A stretch of 64,000 nt of DNA from a virus (IMGVR_UViG_3300020576_002361:1-64000); one strand, 5' to 3'; positions 45,613 through 55,764 are shown, counted from the first letter of the stretch. Translations and numbers: made by a program. Notes: generated by a model not told the origin, from the letters alone.

Positions 45613-46641
45613 TTATGCATCCGTATCGCTTGCGTATCTAAACTCTTTGGCTGCGGCTTTGTCAATCAACTCCAAAATATCAGCAGTGAAGTACTTTTCT
45701 GGTTCTTCGTTGATTTGCTTCTCAAAAACCTTGGTTCCATCAGCCATTTCATATCTGGTACTAACTTTCTTAAAGATACCATGCTTTTCAGCTAACTCAA
45801 GAAGACCGTAGTATCTGTTCAGACCAGAATCGTAGCGAAGAAGCAAATCTACTTGGCTATTCTCCTTGGTCTGTCTACCTTTATTTATTTTGGCATGAAT
45901 GACATTTCCTACTACCTCATCTCCATCCTTCTCTTTTCTCTTGGATAGGAACACGATGGTAGAAGCAGCATACTGGATTCCCGTTCCTCCGCTGGCTACC
46001 TTTGGCGCATAGGCACTCAAGGAATTATAGGTATGATTAGTTAATAGCAATGGAACTCCAGCCTTGCCCAGCTTCAGTGTAAGCACACGGAAAACAGACT
46101 TGATAACTCTGGCTCTTGTCATGTCCGCAGTATCTTTACCTTCTGCGGTATCAGCCATTTCTTTGCTTGTAGACAACATACCAAGAGAATCCAGAACAAG
46201 AAGCAAAGGCTTTTGTTCTCTTTCGTCGGGGGGCATTTTTAAGTATTCGTCTACTACTTTTACACACTGATTTCTGAACTCTTCTACGGTGGTAACTCCA
46301 ACCATAGCCATTCTGGATGTATCTATCTTTCTATTGCGAATCATATCACTTGTTATGGCTGATTCAGTCTCGAAATATACACACTCTCCATGAGGATGTT
46401 GATCCAAAAATGTCTTGACTATACCAAGCGAGAGATAAGTTTTTCCTACCCCGCTGTCACCGGCTAGTGCTATTACTTTATTATTTGCGATACCTTTATA
46501 GATAGACCCAGACAACAAAGCATTCAGAGCATAACAACCTGTATCTAGATACCCAGTGATATCGTTAGCCTCAATACCATCCTCTACTATACCAGAATAT
46601 TCATTACCGGTTATTTTCTTTATGTTTTTAATAAAACTCAT
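45613..46641 (-). CDS. uvsX: RecA-like recombinase UvsX
   Basis: DTGCYALNALLSGS, AGDSGVGKT, FETES, VLDSLGML, SGGTG. Confidence 0.95.
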   Translation of the reverse strand: MSFIKNIKKITGNEYSGIVEDGIEANDITGYLDTGCYALNALLSGSIYKGIANNKVIALAGDSGVGKTYLSLGIVKTFLDQHPHGECVYFETESAITSDMIRNRKIDTSRMAMVGVTTVEEFRNQCVKVVDEYLKMPPDEREQKPLLLVLDSLGMLSTSKEMADTAEGKDTADMTRARVIKSVFRVLTLKLGKAGVPLLLTNHTYNSLSAYAPKVASGGTGIQYAASTIVFLSKRKEKDGDEVVGNVIHAKINKGRQTKENSQVDLLLRYDSGLNRYYGLLELAEKHGIFKKVSTRYEMADGTKVFEKQINEEPEKYFTADILELIDKAAAKEFRYASDTDA

Positions 46642-46643
46642 GT

Positions 46644-47450
46644 TTATTCCTGTATTTTGTTTATTACACTATTACATTCTTCATTTATTCTTTGCTTGGC
46701 TAATTCTATATATTGTTCTGCTATGTCTCCGCCTACGAAATTTCTATTTAGTTTTTTAGACATAACAGCAGTAGTTCCAGATCCAAGAAAAGGATCAAAT
46801 ATAATATCATCTGGCTTGCTGAAACATTCTATTAAATCCCCACACAATTTATCTGGATATGGTGCAGGATGCAAATTCTTTGTTTTATTGGATTCACTAG
46901 AACTTCCCGAATATTCCCATACTGTTCCAGGACATTTTGTATCTGCCTGAACTTTTTCTTCAATCTTGGTCATTGTACCATCAGTCATGCGCTGAGTGCC
47001 ATGCCACTTAACTCCTGCATGTTTGGCTGGTATTTTAAGATGCTCTTTGGTGAACGTATTCGGTCTATCACCCTTCAAGAATAACAGGATATATTCATGG
47101 TCTACCCTAAATCGTCTACTCCACCATGCTCCAGGCTTGCCTGGTCTATTATAAATACAGCATTCAAATAACTTCCATCCAGAATCAACCCAAGAACATA
47201 TAGTACGGTGTGTTGTTATAGATTTTCCATATTCTTTTGTGCCATCTTGAATAACCATGGCGCAAATACCTCCGTCTTTAGTTATTCTTAATAATTCTAC
47301 TCCTAAAGAGTCCAGAGAAAGAGTACCTTTGGAGGTATAATCTCTTATTTGATCGTAAGGAGGAGAGGTAACAGTTAAATCTATATGATTTTCTGGTAAA
47401 GATTTACATAATTCTATGCAATCTATAACCTGAATGTTCGAATAAATCAT
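46644..47450 (-). CDS. DNA methyltransferase (N4C/N6A, beta class)
   Basis: VTSPPY (motif IV) precedes FDPFLGSGTT (motif I); HPAPYP. Confidence 0.9.
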   Translation of the reverse strand: MIYSNIQVIDCIELCKSLPENHIDLTVTSPPYDQIRDYTSKGTLSLDSLGVELLRITKDGGICAMVIQDGTKEYGKSITTHRTICSWVDSGWKLFECCIYNRPGKPGAWWSRRFRVDHEYILLFLKGDRPNTFTKEHLKIPAKHAGVKWHGTQRMTDGTMTKIEEKVQADTKCPGTVWEYSGSSSESNKTKNLHPAPYPDKLCGDLIECFSKPDDIIFDPFLGSGTTAVMSKKLNRNFVGGDIAEQYIELAKQRINEECNSVINKIQE

Positions 47451-47498
47451 CTATACATTCCTAATTTTTGTGATTCTTTAATTAGATTATTCAAATTC

Positions 47499-47897
47499 TT
47501 ATTTCTTTGTTCGTTCTTTGCGTTTCTTTTTAGTCTCGCTCGGTTTTTCCGGTGCTTTCTCGCTATGTTCACTTGTTTTGAGTTTGGCATTTGAATCATC
47601 CTTTAGTGTTTGCTTGTATCTATCATTATCGAAAACAAGCATATCATGAACAACCTTTAACGTTTCCCTTAATCTTTCTATCCCCCATTTCAGCCCTTCT
47701 TTTTCTGTTTTGTATTTCTCAGAAAATTCTAATGAGGTTCCCTCTATTAGTCTGGGCGCAATAGCTGCCATATACATGCTACCGGTTTTCTCTACAAACC
47801 CATATACTATAGATCTATAATAGTTAGTAGCATCGCCATACCAAAAATACAGCGTTCCTTTTATTCTTTCCATATGAAATCTATTGTCATTTTTCAT
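47499..47897 (-). CDS. Hypothetical protein (132 aa)
   Basis: ORF in operon. Confidence 0.6.
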   Translation of the reverse strand: MKNDNRFHMERIKGTLYFWYGDATNYYRSIVYGFVEKTGSMYMAAIAPRLIEGTSLEFSEKYKTEKEGLKWGIERLRETLKVVHDMLVFDNDRYKQTLKDDSNAKLKTSEHSEKAPEKPSETKKKRKERTKK

Positions 47898-48262
47898 TCA
47901 ATGTTTTCTATTATCTCTAACCTTCCCTGATCGTGGTCTTTTATATATGTCATCATTTCATCATATAGAAGGTAAGTGTCAGAATATTTTTCATGAGCAA
48001 CGTCTATGTCCAACCCATAAGCTGCTATTACTTTACACATTTTCTTCAAGGCTTCTTCTATAGTAGGATGAGCTTGTGTTAAAATTGGATTCTCGTCACG
48101 AAATCCACAATCGTACACACCTTCCTGCATGGTATTATGAAAATACACAGCATGATGCTCAGCAGATCTACTGGTATACAAAACTATTCCAGATGTTTTC
48201 TTTAGCTCTGGATAAGATCTTTTCAACTCGGACTTCTTTTTCTTTACAACACTTTTCCGCAT
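47894..48262 (-). CDS. Hypothetical protein (122 aa)
   Basis: ORF in operon. Confidence 0.6.
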   Translation of the reverse strand: MRKSVVKKKKSELKRSYPELKKTSGIVLYTSRSAEHHAVYFHNTMQEGVYDCGFRDENPILTQAHPTIEEALKKMCKVIAAYGLDIDVAHEKYSDTYLLYDEMMTYIKDHDQGRLEIIENIE

Positions 48263-48435
48263 ATGTTACACTCCGTAGAACCATCTGGATAGACGTGTTT
48301 ATCTTCGTGAGTACATTTTTCGCGCAAAGCTTCAAGCTGCTGCCTGATATTCTTCATATTCTTAGAATAGGTAGCTAGCTCGCTTACCATCTTATCTTCA
48401 AGTATTAAGATTTCCTTTTTCAAATCTATATTCAC
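48244..48435 (-). CDS. Small coiled-coil protein with C-terminal Cys/His finger
   Basis: CTH...CNICGK. Confidence 0.6.
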   Translation of the reverse strand: MNIDLKKEILILEDKMVSELATYSKNMKNIRQQLEALREKCTHEDKHVYPDGSTECNICGKVL

Positions 48436-48619
48436 CGTACAACTCCTTATTTGCTATCTTATACTGAAAATCAGCTTCGATATATTCTTGTTGTAGTCGA
48501 GTTCTTTCTTCGTTCGATTTATTCAGTTGCTCTAAAATTTTAGCTCTATTTTCCTCAGCACGAAGATGACGTTCTATTTTAGCAATCTCGTCCAAGTTTT
48601 CTGGTAATCTAAAGTTCAT
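48398..48619 (-). CDS. Hypothetical coiled-coil protein
   Basis: ORF in operon. Confidence 0.55.
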   Translation of the reverse strand: MNFRLPENLDEIAKIERHLRAEENRAKILEQLNKSNEERTRLQQEYIEADFQYKIANKELYGEYRFEKGNLNT

Positions 48620-48954
48620 TACTCGCCCCTATCATCCCCTATTTGTTCTAACCAACATTCTCTCAAGGCTTTGTGGTCTTTCTTTCCTTTCTTCATGTTT
48701 TTAAGCTTTTCTATGATTTCATTCGCATGATCTATTGTTAACTGAGGAAAGGTAATATTATAGCGTTTCTGTACTAGTTTAAACTTAGTATTCATAGTCC
48801 TTGCGTCATATCCATAAACAGGTTTGTATTCTTTATTCCAATTTATATACTCTAACATTTCGCTTATGAATTTTGTAGCAGTAGTTTGACTTTTGTTTAG
48901 TGCTGTTTCAGATACTCTTATTATTAGTTTACATTGTGTTTGTGTATTATTCAT
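48619..48954 (-). CDS. Hypothetical protein (111 aa)
   Basis: ORF after promoter. Confidence 0.6.
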   Translation of the reverse strand: MNNTQTQCKLIIRVSETALNKSQTTATKFISEMLEYINWNKEYKPVYGYDARTMNTKFKLVQKRYNITFPQLTIDHANEIIEKLKNMKKGKKDHKALRECWLEQIGDDRGE

Positions 48955-48973
48955 TTTATTGGTTTCCTAATAT

Positions 48974-49001
48974 ATTATAGCATAACTATTTCTAAAGTCA
49001 A
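48974..49001 (-). promoter_or_regulatory. Promoter TTGACT-N16-TATAAT
   Basis: Upstream of the 48954 gene. Confidence 0.75.
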
Positions 49002-49026
49002 ATGACGATTCCTTCTCCTGATGAAA

Positions 49027-50622
49027 TTATGGCTTTTGAAACACAAATATAGGCTCGTATTTATGGTATTTTCCGTTTACTTTGCAATAATTTTTACATT
49101 TTGGTATACCATTAGAATCCAATCTTTGACTCCCGGGCATGGATGCTAAGGTCATCTTTAATGTTTCTCGGTATTTCATACCAAGAGAAAGCAAATAAGA
49201 CTTAGAATCCTCTTCTAGTGGCATATAAACACCATCAACCAAAATATCAGCAATATTCCACGCAATGTATCCACCAGATTTCAACCAATTATAGCAAGTA
49301 AGTAGGGTTGGACGTAAAAACCCATCCCTCCACGATTCATACGAAGAACCGTATTTAACGCCGGCTTGGTTTGGATCTTTAGAATAAAGTTCCCTTTGCC
49401 AATAAGGCGGGGAGGTAAATATTAAATCAACTTTACCCTTATATTGCTGGAATCTAGGATGTTTATGTATTTCTTCTGATCCCTCTTGGTAAATATCGTA
49501 AGTATTCTGTTGCCCAAATATAGGATTGTTTCTATACGTGTGCGTATTTACAAAATCGGCTACGTGTTGATATTTGGATTTACCATCTGTATGAATGTTA
49601 TCTGGGTTTGGATCTGTTCCAACGTAGTGAATCTTGCGGTCTGTCGCAACAGTCATAGCCCCTAATATTCTTCCAGCCCAACCAGACGAGGGATCATAAA
49701 CGATAATAGGGTCTACTTTATCCACAAGATGATCAGTGTATTTCTCATAGATATACTTAGCAGTCAAAGGTGGAAAGTTAATAGGCACAGAAATGTATCC
49801 TATTCGATAAGCCGTAAATGCTTTCGGATAAAGCTTCTGACCTTTTTCAAAAAGTCTAATAAGATAGATATGCCCATCTTTTAGCTGGTTTATCGTAATA
49901 TTAGCTAAGTTGATATGACTAAATCCATACTTCCCATGGACTTCTAATAACTCTTCTTTAGTTAGAGCCAAAAAATCACTTTGTTTTACTTGATAATACC
50001 CAGTAGACACTTCAGTATTCACTTCGGATTCTTGAATCCAGAAGTCGTAATCTTGAAAAATCGTGTCTTTGTGTGTATAATATTCATGTATCCACTCGAC
50101 ACCACTATCAACATCTACTAAAGCTGACTTTACATCATGCTTCTTTATACACAAACTGTAATGGTAGAACGAATCTCTTCGGAAGTGCCTACGACTTCTC
50201 TTTAGCATAGAAGGCAAATACTTGTCGTTAGCAAACATGTCATAAACAGAGTATCCATTAGTACTCATACCATAACACATAGCTACCTTCATCATATTAG
50301 AAAAGAACTGGTCTACCTCTGTTCCAAGATGAAGATTATTAATGATAACTGACCCCTTTTCATTAGGGGTCAGCTCATCGTCATATTTGAATTTCGATAC
50401 AGGAGCACTGGTCATATCATTGAAACCAGATACCATCTCTTCAAAAGAACGCCCAGATCTGGCTGGGCATCCGTAGGTATTCCATGCTTCTAATATTTTG
50501 GATCTAGAATGCTTAACCCATTCATCAAATTCGTCTAGTGTCATAGACAGAATTTGATCGAAGGTTACGTTAACAGTAGGATCTTTGAGTATAGGGTTCT
50601 TTTGGTAGTATGGATCACTCAT
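49027..50622 (-). CDS. Large DNA methyltransferase-like protein (531 aa)
   Basis: YDPSSGWAGR (motif I-like), FTSPPY, YEPIFVF. Confidence 0.75.
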   Translation of the reverse strand: MSDPYYQKNPILKDPTVNVTFDQILSMTLDEFDEWVKHSRSKILEAWNTYGCPARSGRSFEEMVSGFNDMTSAPVSKFKYDDELTPNEKGSVIINNLHLGTEVDQFFSNMMKVAMCYGMSTNGYSVYDMFANDKYLPSMLKRSRRHFRRDSFYHYSLCIKKHDVKSALVDVDSGVEWIHEYYTHKDTIFQDYDFWIQESEVNTEVSTGYYQVKQSDFLALTKEELLEVHGKYGFSHINLANITINQLKDGHIYLIRLFEKGQKLYPKAFTAYRIGYISVPINFPPLTAKYIYEKYTDHLVDKVDPIIVYDPSSGWAGRILGAMTVATDRKIHYVGTDPNPDNIHTDGKSKYQHVADFVNTHTYRNNPIFGQQNTYDIYQEGSEEIHKHPRFQQYKGKVDLIFTSPPYWQRELYSKDPNQAGVKYGSSYESWRDGFLRPTLLTCYNWLKSGGYIAWNIADILVDGVYMPLEEDSKSYLLSLGMKYRETLKMTLASMPGSQRLDSNGIPKCKNYCKVNGKYHKYEPIFVFQKP

Positions 50623-51241
50623 GCTCTTCTTTCCATTGAGTTATTCTTTCAATACTCATATCAAAAACTTCTTTGACTATTTCGGATCCTATATAATCTC
50701 TGCCGTTATTTAAACAACCAATAGCAGTAGTTCTTGATCCCATAAAAGGATCGTATATAGTTTGTCCTTGTTTGGTATAACCCAAGATAAATGGATTAAT
50801 CACTTCAGTAACGAAGTTATCATTATACTTCTTGTGCTTCTCAAACGGAATAACAAACACATCGGGCAGGGATGGATTAATCTTAATAGAAGGATTCTTA
50901 AAAAATGTCATTATGTAAGTATAGTTAAATCTATATAAATTTACTTTAGTAGACTTAACCCAAATCTTCTGGGTGCTGATTCGCCAGCCCATATTTTCCA
51001 TAATACTATTGACTATAGCATGTTTCTGTATTAAACTACCATTACACTTTCTATCGGACATGAATATAGTCATGTATCCGTTAGATGGAGTCAAATTTGT
51101 TAGCCGTTTGCTAAGGAAAAACCCATAGTTATCGTCACCAGGTTTCATTCCTATCTCTTCGTAATCGGGAGGAGAAGTTAGCACATAATCATACTTTATT
51201 TCTCTGTTCTGTGTTGTATAGCAATCCTCATTATACATCAT
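50615..51241 (-). CDS. DNA methyltransferase (beta class) with variant motif I
   Basis: LTSPPDY; YDPFMGSRTT. Confidence 0.8.
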   Translation of the reverse strand: MMYNEDCYTTQNREIKYDYVLTSPPDYEEIGMKPGDDNYGFFLSKRLTNLTPSNGYMTIFMSDRKCNGSLIQKHAIVNSIMENMGWRISTQKIWVKSTKVNLYRFNYTYIMTFFKNPSIKINPSLPDVFVIPFEKHKKYNDNFVTEVINPFILGYTKQGQTIYDPFMGSRTTAIGCLNNGRDYIGSEIVKEVFDMSIERITQWKEEHE

Positions 51242-51785
51242 ATTCTTCGTTCTCCCCAAACAAGAATGCGTACATCAACAAGAATCTAAATTTAGATTTC
51301 TCTTGTGTCCATGGATTGATTACTATATCCAAAGGAAGAACCGGATTACTAAAATCAGCAGATCCCCCGGTTATAAGATTATCTGCCTCAGTAAAGAGTA
51401 TTCTGTTGTCAACTTCAGACACTATACTAGAATACTTATCAGGAATAGGCATATTAAACTTCTCATATATTACTTTTTGGCATTTATCTTCATATAATCG
51501 ATAGTTTCCTAGCTTATACTTCAATGGTCTTGGAACATCCACACAGTATGCTTCGGAAGCATCGTGAAGCAATGCGTACTTGGCTGCTTCCTTATCATAG
51601 GTAGTCTCAAAGACCCACTTAGCACAGAGCGTCGAGTGTTGGGCTACACTATAGAAACTTGTGCATTGTCCAGCAAATCGACATTGGTTGGATAAGGCGT
51701 GTGCGATATCCGCAATATCAATCATATCTGGAGTAGGTTCATCATAATAATATTTCTTGCCGGTAAACGTTTTAATAAAACTCAT
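51231..51785 (-). CDS. HD-domain phosphohydrolase (YfbR/5'-deoxynucleotidase-like)
   Basis: IAHALSNQCRFAG...YSVAQHS...LLHDASEAY..DVPRPLK. Confidence 0.85.
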   Translation of the reverse strand: MSFIKTFTGKKYYYDEPTPDMIDIADIAHALSNQCRFAGQCTSFYSVAQHSTLCAKWVFETTYDKEAAKYALLHDASEAYCVDVPRPLKYKLGNYRLYEDKCQKVIYEKFNMPIPDKYSSIVSEVDNRILFTEADNLITGGSADFSNPVLPLDIVINPWTQEKSKFRFLLMYAFLFGENEEYDV

Positions 51786-51790
51786 AGTAA

Positions 51791-51818
51791 ATCATACTCT
51801 TTCTTTATCTTAAGTCAA
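51791..51818 (-). promoter_or_regulatory. Promoter TTGACT-N16-TATGAT
   Basis: Overlaps gp46 stop; upstream of the HD gene. Confidence 0.65.
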
Positions 51819-53767
51819 GACATCTTGCTGAAATTGTTCTTCTTTTCCACTCTAATAGATCTGTCAAATTTGTCTGTTAATATATCTCCCTTATGGGAAA
51901 TAACGAATACGTGAGTATTCACACTAAGATGCTTGAGTAACTTCAGAAAATCTTCTGTTCCAGAAGCATCCAATGAGCTATCAAATACCTCATCCAATAT
52001 AAGGATATTAGTATTAGTGCTGTTCTTGGCTCTTGCTATTTCTCTCCAGGTTAACATCAAAGCCATATCGATTCTGAATTTCTCGCCTTCAGAAAACGAG
52101 TTATACTCAAAGTCATCTCGGTGCCTACTCTTTATCTTTTCCTTAAACGATTCATCTAGGTTGAAATTAACAAAGAAATCCATAGCACTCAAATACTTGT
52201 TAATATACTTGTTCATAAGAGGCAGATACTGCTTGACTATTTTGGACTTAATACCGTTATCTTTCAATAAAACTTGAATAATATCGTAGTCATATTTTCT
52301 CAGCATTATCTCTTCTTTTTTAGCGAGATTATCCTTTATATTCTTTCTGAGTAACTCTACCTTTTCCTCTTCCTCCTTTATAGTTTCATCTATATTTAGG
52401 TCCAATGTGTTTCGGATTTTAAGTATGTAGTTATTTGACTCGGAAATCCTAACATCAATCATAGAAATACTAGAAGATATATCCTGAATTTCTCTTAATA
52501 TTTGCTTAGCAGCATCGATATTTTTTCTTGTTTTGTCTATCTTCTTGTCTATCTTGGTTACAGCAGAGTTGATTTCTTCTAACTTCTTAGACATAGAACT
52601 GACTGTCTCGTCTCTGAATAGAGCATCTATAGCTCTTTTACAAGTAGGACAGGAATCATTTTCATTATAAAATTGAATAGACTTAGTTATATTCTTTCCT
52701 TCTGTTCCTATAGTAATACGTAGGGAAGTAAATTCCTTTATTTCATCTTCGCATTTAGAAAAAGGCAGCAAAGATTCTTTCTTTTCTTCTAACACTTTCA
52801 TCAATGCTTTCTTTTCTTCCGCAAGCTTAGCATTAGAAGACTCGGCTTCCTTTATTTGTTGTATCTTCTCTTGTCTATCTTTATTATTTCTGGACTTCAG
52901 CTTAGCTATGTGGTCTTCATGAATCTTACATTTTCCTTCATCAGAAGAGATTTCAGATTCTATGGATTTTATATCCTCTCTTAGGAGAGAATACTTTTCC
53001 TTTAGAACTCCATTCATTCTAGTGAAAACCTTAAGATCCAACAGCTCCTCGATCACTTCTCGTCGTTGGCTGCTCGTTAACTGCATAAATGGGACATAGT
53101 TAGCAGAACCCAAGACTACCAATTGAGCAAAAGAATCAAAGTTAAGCTTCAATATGTTTTGCTCTAGATGCTTCTGATAGTCTAGATTCTTAGCGTCTTG
53201 ATTTAAAAGTACACCGTCGCAATAGATCTCAAATACAACTGGTTTTAATCCACGTATTATTTTATATTCTTGCTTTCCTACGCTAAACTCTAACTCAGTA
53301 ATACAATCTTTATCATTTATGCTATTCACTATTCTGGGTTTGTTTATAAATCTATAAGCCCTACCGAATAGCGCAAAGGTCAACGCACACAAGAATGTGG
53401 AATTGTGTGACACTATTCCATTAGTATAATATTCCTTTACTGTGTTTACCTGTAAATCATATAAATCTTCTGTAAATTCGCAACAAGAAACACGTCTGAT
53501 CTCTTTTTTGCCTGTTTTTGTTAAAACAATATCACCAACTTGACAATCTTTCAGTTTTTTCCATCCGTTGTTTACAAAAATCTTATGATCCGGAGAACCT
53601 TCCAAATATTGATCTTCTGTTTCTATCTTTAAGATAGGCGAATCATAAGCCGTAATATCCGCCCATTCTATGTCATAAAACCCATGACGAGTTTCGACTT
53701 TTATCTTACCAATACAATCGGGATTTTGTTGGTAAAATTCTACTATATCTCCAACGGTGCATTTCAT
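51815..53767 (-). CDS. 46: gp46 recombination endonuclease ATPase, C-terminal gene: split-intein C-part (aa 1-122) plus C-extein
   Basis: Intein block B GSPDH and block G YYTNGIVSHN/S, then STFLCALTFALFG, CPTC hook, SFSEGEK signature, ILDEVFDSSLD, VISH. Confidence 0.9.
   Translation of the reverse strand: MKCTVGDIVEFYQQNPDCIGKIKVETRHGFYDIEWADITAYDSPILKIETEDQYLEGSPDHKIFVNNGWKKLKDCQVGDIVLTKTGKKEIRRVSCCEFTEDLYDLQVNTVKEYYTNGIVSHNSTFLCALTFALFGRAYRFINKPRIVNSINDKDCITELEFSVGKQEYKIIRGLKPVVFEIYCDGVLLNQDAKNLDYQKHLEQNILKLNFDSFAQLVVLGSANYVPFMQLTSSQRREVIEELLDLKVFTRMNGVLKEKYSLLREDIKSIESEISSDEGKCKIHEDHIAKLKSRNNKDRQEKIQQIKEAESSNAKLAEEKKALMKVLEEKKESLLPFSKCEDEIKEFTSLRITIGTEGKNITKSIQFYNENDSCPTCKRAIDALFRDETVSSMSKKLEEINSAVTKIDKKIDKTRKNIDAAKQILREIQDISSSISMIDVRISESNNYILKIRNTLDLNIDETIKEEEEKVELLRKNIKDNLAKKEEIMLRKYDYDIIQVLLKDNGIKSKIVKQYLPLMNKYINKYLSAMDFFVNFNLDESFKEKIKSRHRDDFEYNSFSEGEKFRIDMALMLTWREIARAKNSTNTNILILDEVFDSSLDASGTEDFLKLLKHLSVNTHVFVISHKGDILTDKFDRSIRVEKKNNFSKMS
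53402..53767 (-). other. Split intein C-fragment (122 aa)
   Basis: Ends His-Asn followed by Ser+1. Confidence 0.85.
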
Positions 53768-53833
53768 AATAAAGTTTCCACAAAAGTATCACATTCCTCT
53801 TTATTCCACAACAAACGCACTGAAATAACCGGA

Positions 53834-54052
53834 TCAGGGAAGATTTTGCCTATTTTTCAAAAATTCTTCAAATTTTTGCTTTACAGCAGGGTCTTCTATA
53901 GAAATATCTATTTCCGTAAGCTTTCTCACACATTTACCTTGACCATTTTGACCAGAAATCAAAGTAGTAGGAGATTGCGTAAGGTCTACTTCAGTCCAGT
54001 AGTTACCATACGAAAGAAAATTCTTCCATTTTACTTTTTTGAAACAAATCAA
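53834..54052 (-). CDS. 46: gp46 N-terminal gene: N-extein (40 aa) plus split-intein N-part (32 aa)
   Basis: FKKVKWKNFLSYGN...ISGQNGQGK then C1 (CVRKLTEI...); TTG start with SD AAGGAG. Confidence 0.85.
   Translation of the reverse strand: MICFKKVKWKNFLSYGNYWTEVDLTQSPTTLISGQNGQGKCVRKLTEIDISIEDPAVKQKFEEFLKNRQNLP
53837..53932 (-). other. Split intein N-fragment (32 aa)
   Basis: Cys immediately after the Walker A Lys. Confidence 0.8.
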
Positions 54053-54055
54053 ACA

Positions 54056-55114
54056 TTACTCCTTGTCTTCAGAAGACAAATCATAACTTTCATTATACAA
54101 ATCATTTATTATAGTTTTTAACCTATCAGCACAAACATCAGTTAGAGAATCTATTTCCTTAGAAATGATGCTAACGGTGTCCTGTGTCTGGTCAACTGTA
54201 TCAGTTGTATCTACAAAGAGGTCAACCTCTTCGATGATGTTAAATTCCGCTAGATTGGCTTGATAAAATCGATCAATTATTTTTTCAAGATCTTTTGGTT
54301 TTGTTTTCTTTCTCACCACAAACTTTACATAGCAATCTTTATACTTATCATAATCATAAACAGGAACAGAAGTGGTGTCATCGTAAACCAGCCTATAGAA
54401 TATCTTATATGGATTTTCAATAAACTCTAAATCTCCGTTACTTAAGTCTATTGTATGAAATCCTTTGCGTTCGTCTACATCTGCGAACGTCATATCATAC
54501 TGAGTTCCAAGGTAGTATATCTGCCCATCATCATGCTTCTGGTGAAAGTGTCCAGAGAAGACCTTGTGAAACATACCAACTTCTTCTTTATCTATTCCTT
54601 CTTCGCTTAAGATACCACGAAGAACCTGAAAACCCTTGATTGCGAAGTGACCAAATGACAAGGTAGACTTTGTTTCCTTGACAAAATCATGAAATCTAGA
54701 CATATTATTGTCGTTTAACCATGGAATCAAAGCTACGGTGTTGCCTTCTATAGAAACATCCGTTGGCTCGGAATACACCTTTACGTTAGGATAGTGTGAG
54801 TATAACTCCGTGGTGGAGTTTACTTCGGAAGTATTACGGAATACAATATCATGATTACCAAGAATCATGTGAAGAGTTATTCCCATTTTCATTAATGGTT
54901 CAAAGAACTCTGTTCTGCTAAACCGCAAAGTCTCTATATTTACATACTTCCTCTTATCCAGAAAATCACCAAGAAAGATGATAGTCTTGATGTCGTGTTC
55001 CTTAATATAAGGAAGTAGCAGATTATCCAAAAATGTCTTAATGTAAATACGGAATACAGGAGAATCCGATTTTAGCCCAAAATGCAGGTCATTTAATAAC
55101 AACACCTTACTCAA
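54056..55114 (-). CDS. 47: gp47 recombination endonuclease (Mre11/SbcD-like)
   Basis: DLHFG, LGDFLDKRK, GNHD, GHF, SGHFH. Confidence 0.95.
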   Translation of the reverse strand: MSKVLLLNDLHFGLKSDSPVFRIYIKTFLDNLLLPYIKEHDIKTIIFLGDFLDKRKYVNIETLRFSRTEFFEPLMKMGITLHMILGNHDIVFRNTSEVNSTTELYSHYPNVKVYSEPTDVSIEGNTVALIPWLNDNNMSRFHDFVKETKSTLSFGHFAIKGFQVLRGILSEEGIDKEEVGMFHKVFSGHFHQKHDDGQIYYLGTQYDMTFADVDERKGFHTIDLSNGDLEFIENPYKIFYRLVYDDTTSVPVYDYDKYKDCYVKFVVRKKTKPKDLEKIIDRFYQANLAEFNIIEEVDLFVDTTDTVDQTQDTVSIISKEIDSLTDVCADRLKTIINDLYNESYDLSSEDKE

Positions 55115-55740
55115 GGATCTTTCTCCATAAACTCATTCAACGGAGATATTTTCTTTGGTTTTTGGTTCTTATTTTCTTTAATTTTACTGGTTTTCTTATC
55201 GAAATATTCTACATCATTTTCATTAAGTTTAAAGAATTCTGCGTATATGTTATTCTTATCCGGATCTATCTCATACTTCTTGATTATGTGATCCTTCAAG
55301 GCTCCAGTAGTGTCAGCCCTTTCAAACAACTTCATCTTTACATAACATTGCTTCTTTTCCTTTTGGATCCTTCGCAAGAAGGCAAAGAATATGATTTGTG
55401 TAATATACGCAAAAGGATTCTTGGATTTCTCTGGATCAAAGTTATCCAGGTACATTATGGCATTTTCTATGCCATCGGAGACCATTTCTTCGCGAAACGT
55501 ATACCCTGCAAAATTTGGTCTAGATGATAGCCTTTCCGCAATTTTAAGGATTGCTGAACCTATGTACTCCGAAATCCTAGGTCGTGTAGTAAGTTCACCG
55601 GACGCAAACTTATTCATCTCTGTCTTATAAAGAATCATTTCTTTTAATAAAGTGTCATTATTTACATAATGGTTTGCGGTACACTCCTTTTCAATAACTA
55701 CTATTTCTTCTTCCGCCTTCTGTATTATTTCTTCTTTCAT
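55111..55740 (-). CDS. 55: Late-transcription sigma factor gp55
   Basis: HYVNND.LL, YIGSAILKIAERLS.RPNFAGYTFREEM.SDGIEN, NPFAYITQI.FFAFLRRI.KEKKQ; start MKEEII. Confidence 0.95.
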   Translation of the reverse strand: MKEEIIQKAEEEIVVIEKECTANHYVNNDTLLKEMILYKTEMNKFASGELTTRPRISEYIGSAILKIAERLSSRPNFAGYTFREEMVSDGIENAIMYLDNFDPEKSKNPFAYITQIIFFAFLRRIQKEKKQCYVKMKLFERADTTGALKDHIIKKYEIDPDKNNIYAEFFKLNENDVEYFDKKTSKIKENKNQKPKKISPLNEFMEKDP

Positions 55741-55764
55741 TGTAGACCCTTTGTGTACTAGTGT

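Noticed and set aside
53768-53836. gp46 break as a TGA readthrough or frameshift error
   Set aside because: The halves are in the same frame, but a second stop (TAA 53801-53803) follows ten codons later, and intein motifs flank the break precisely.
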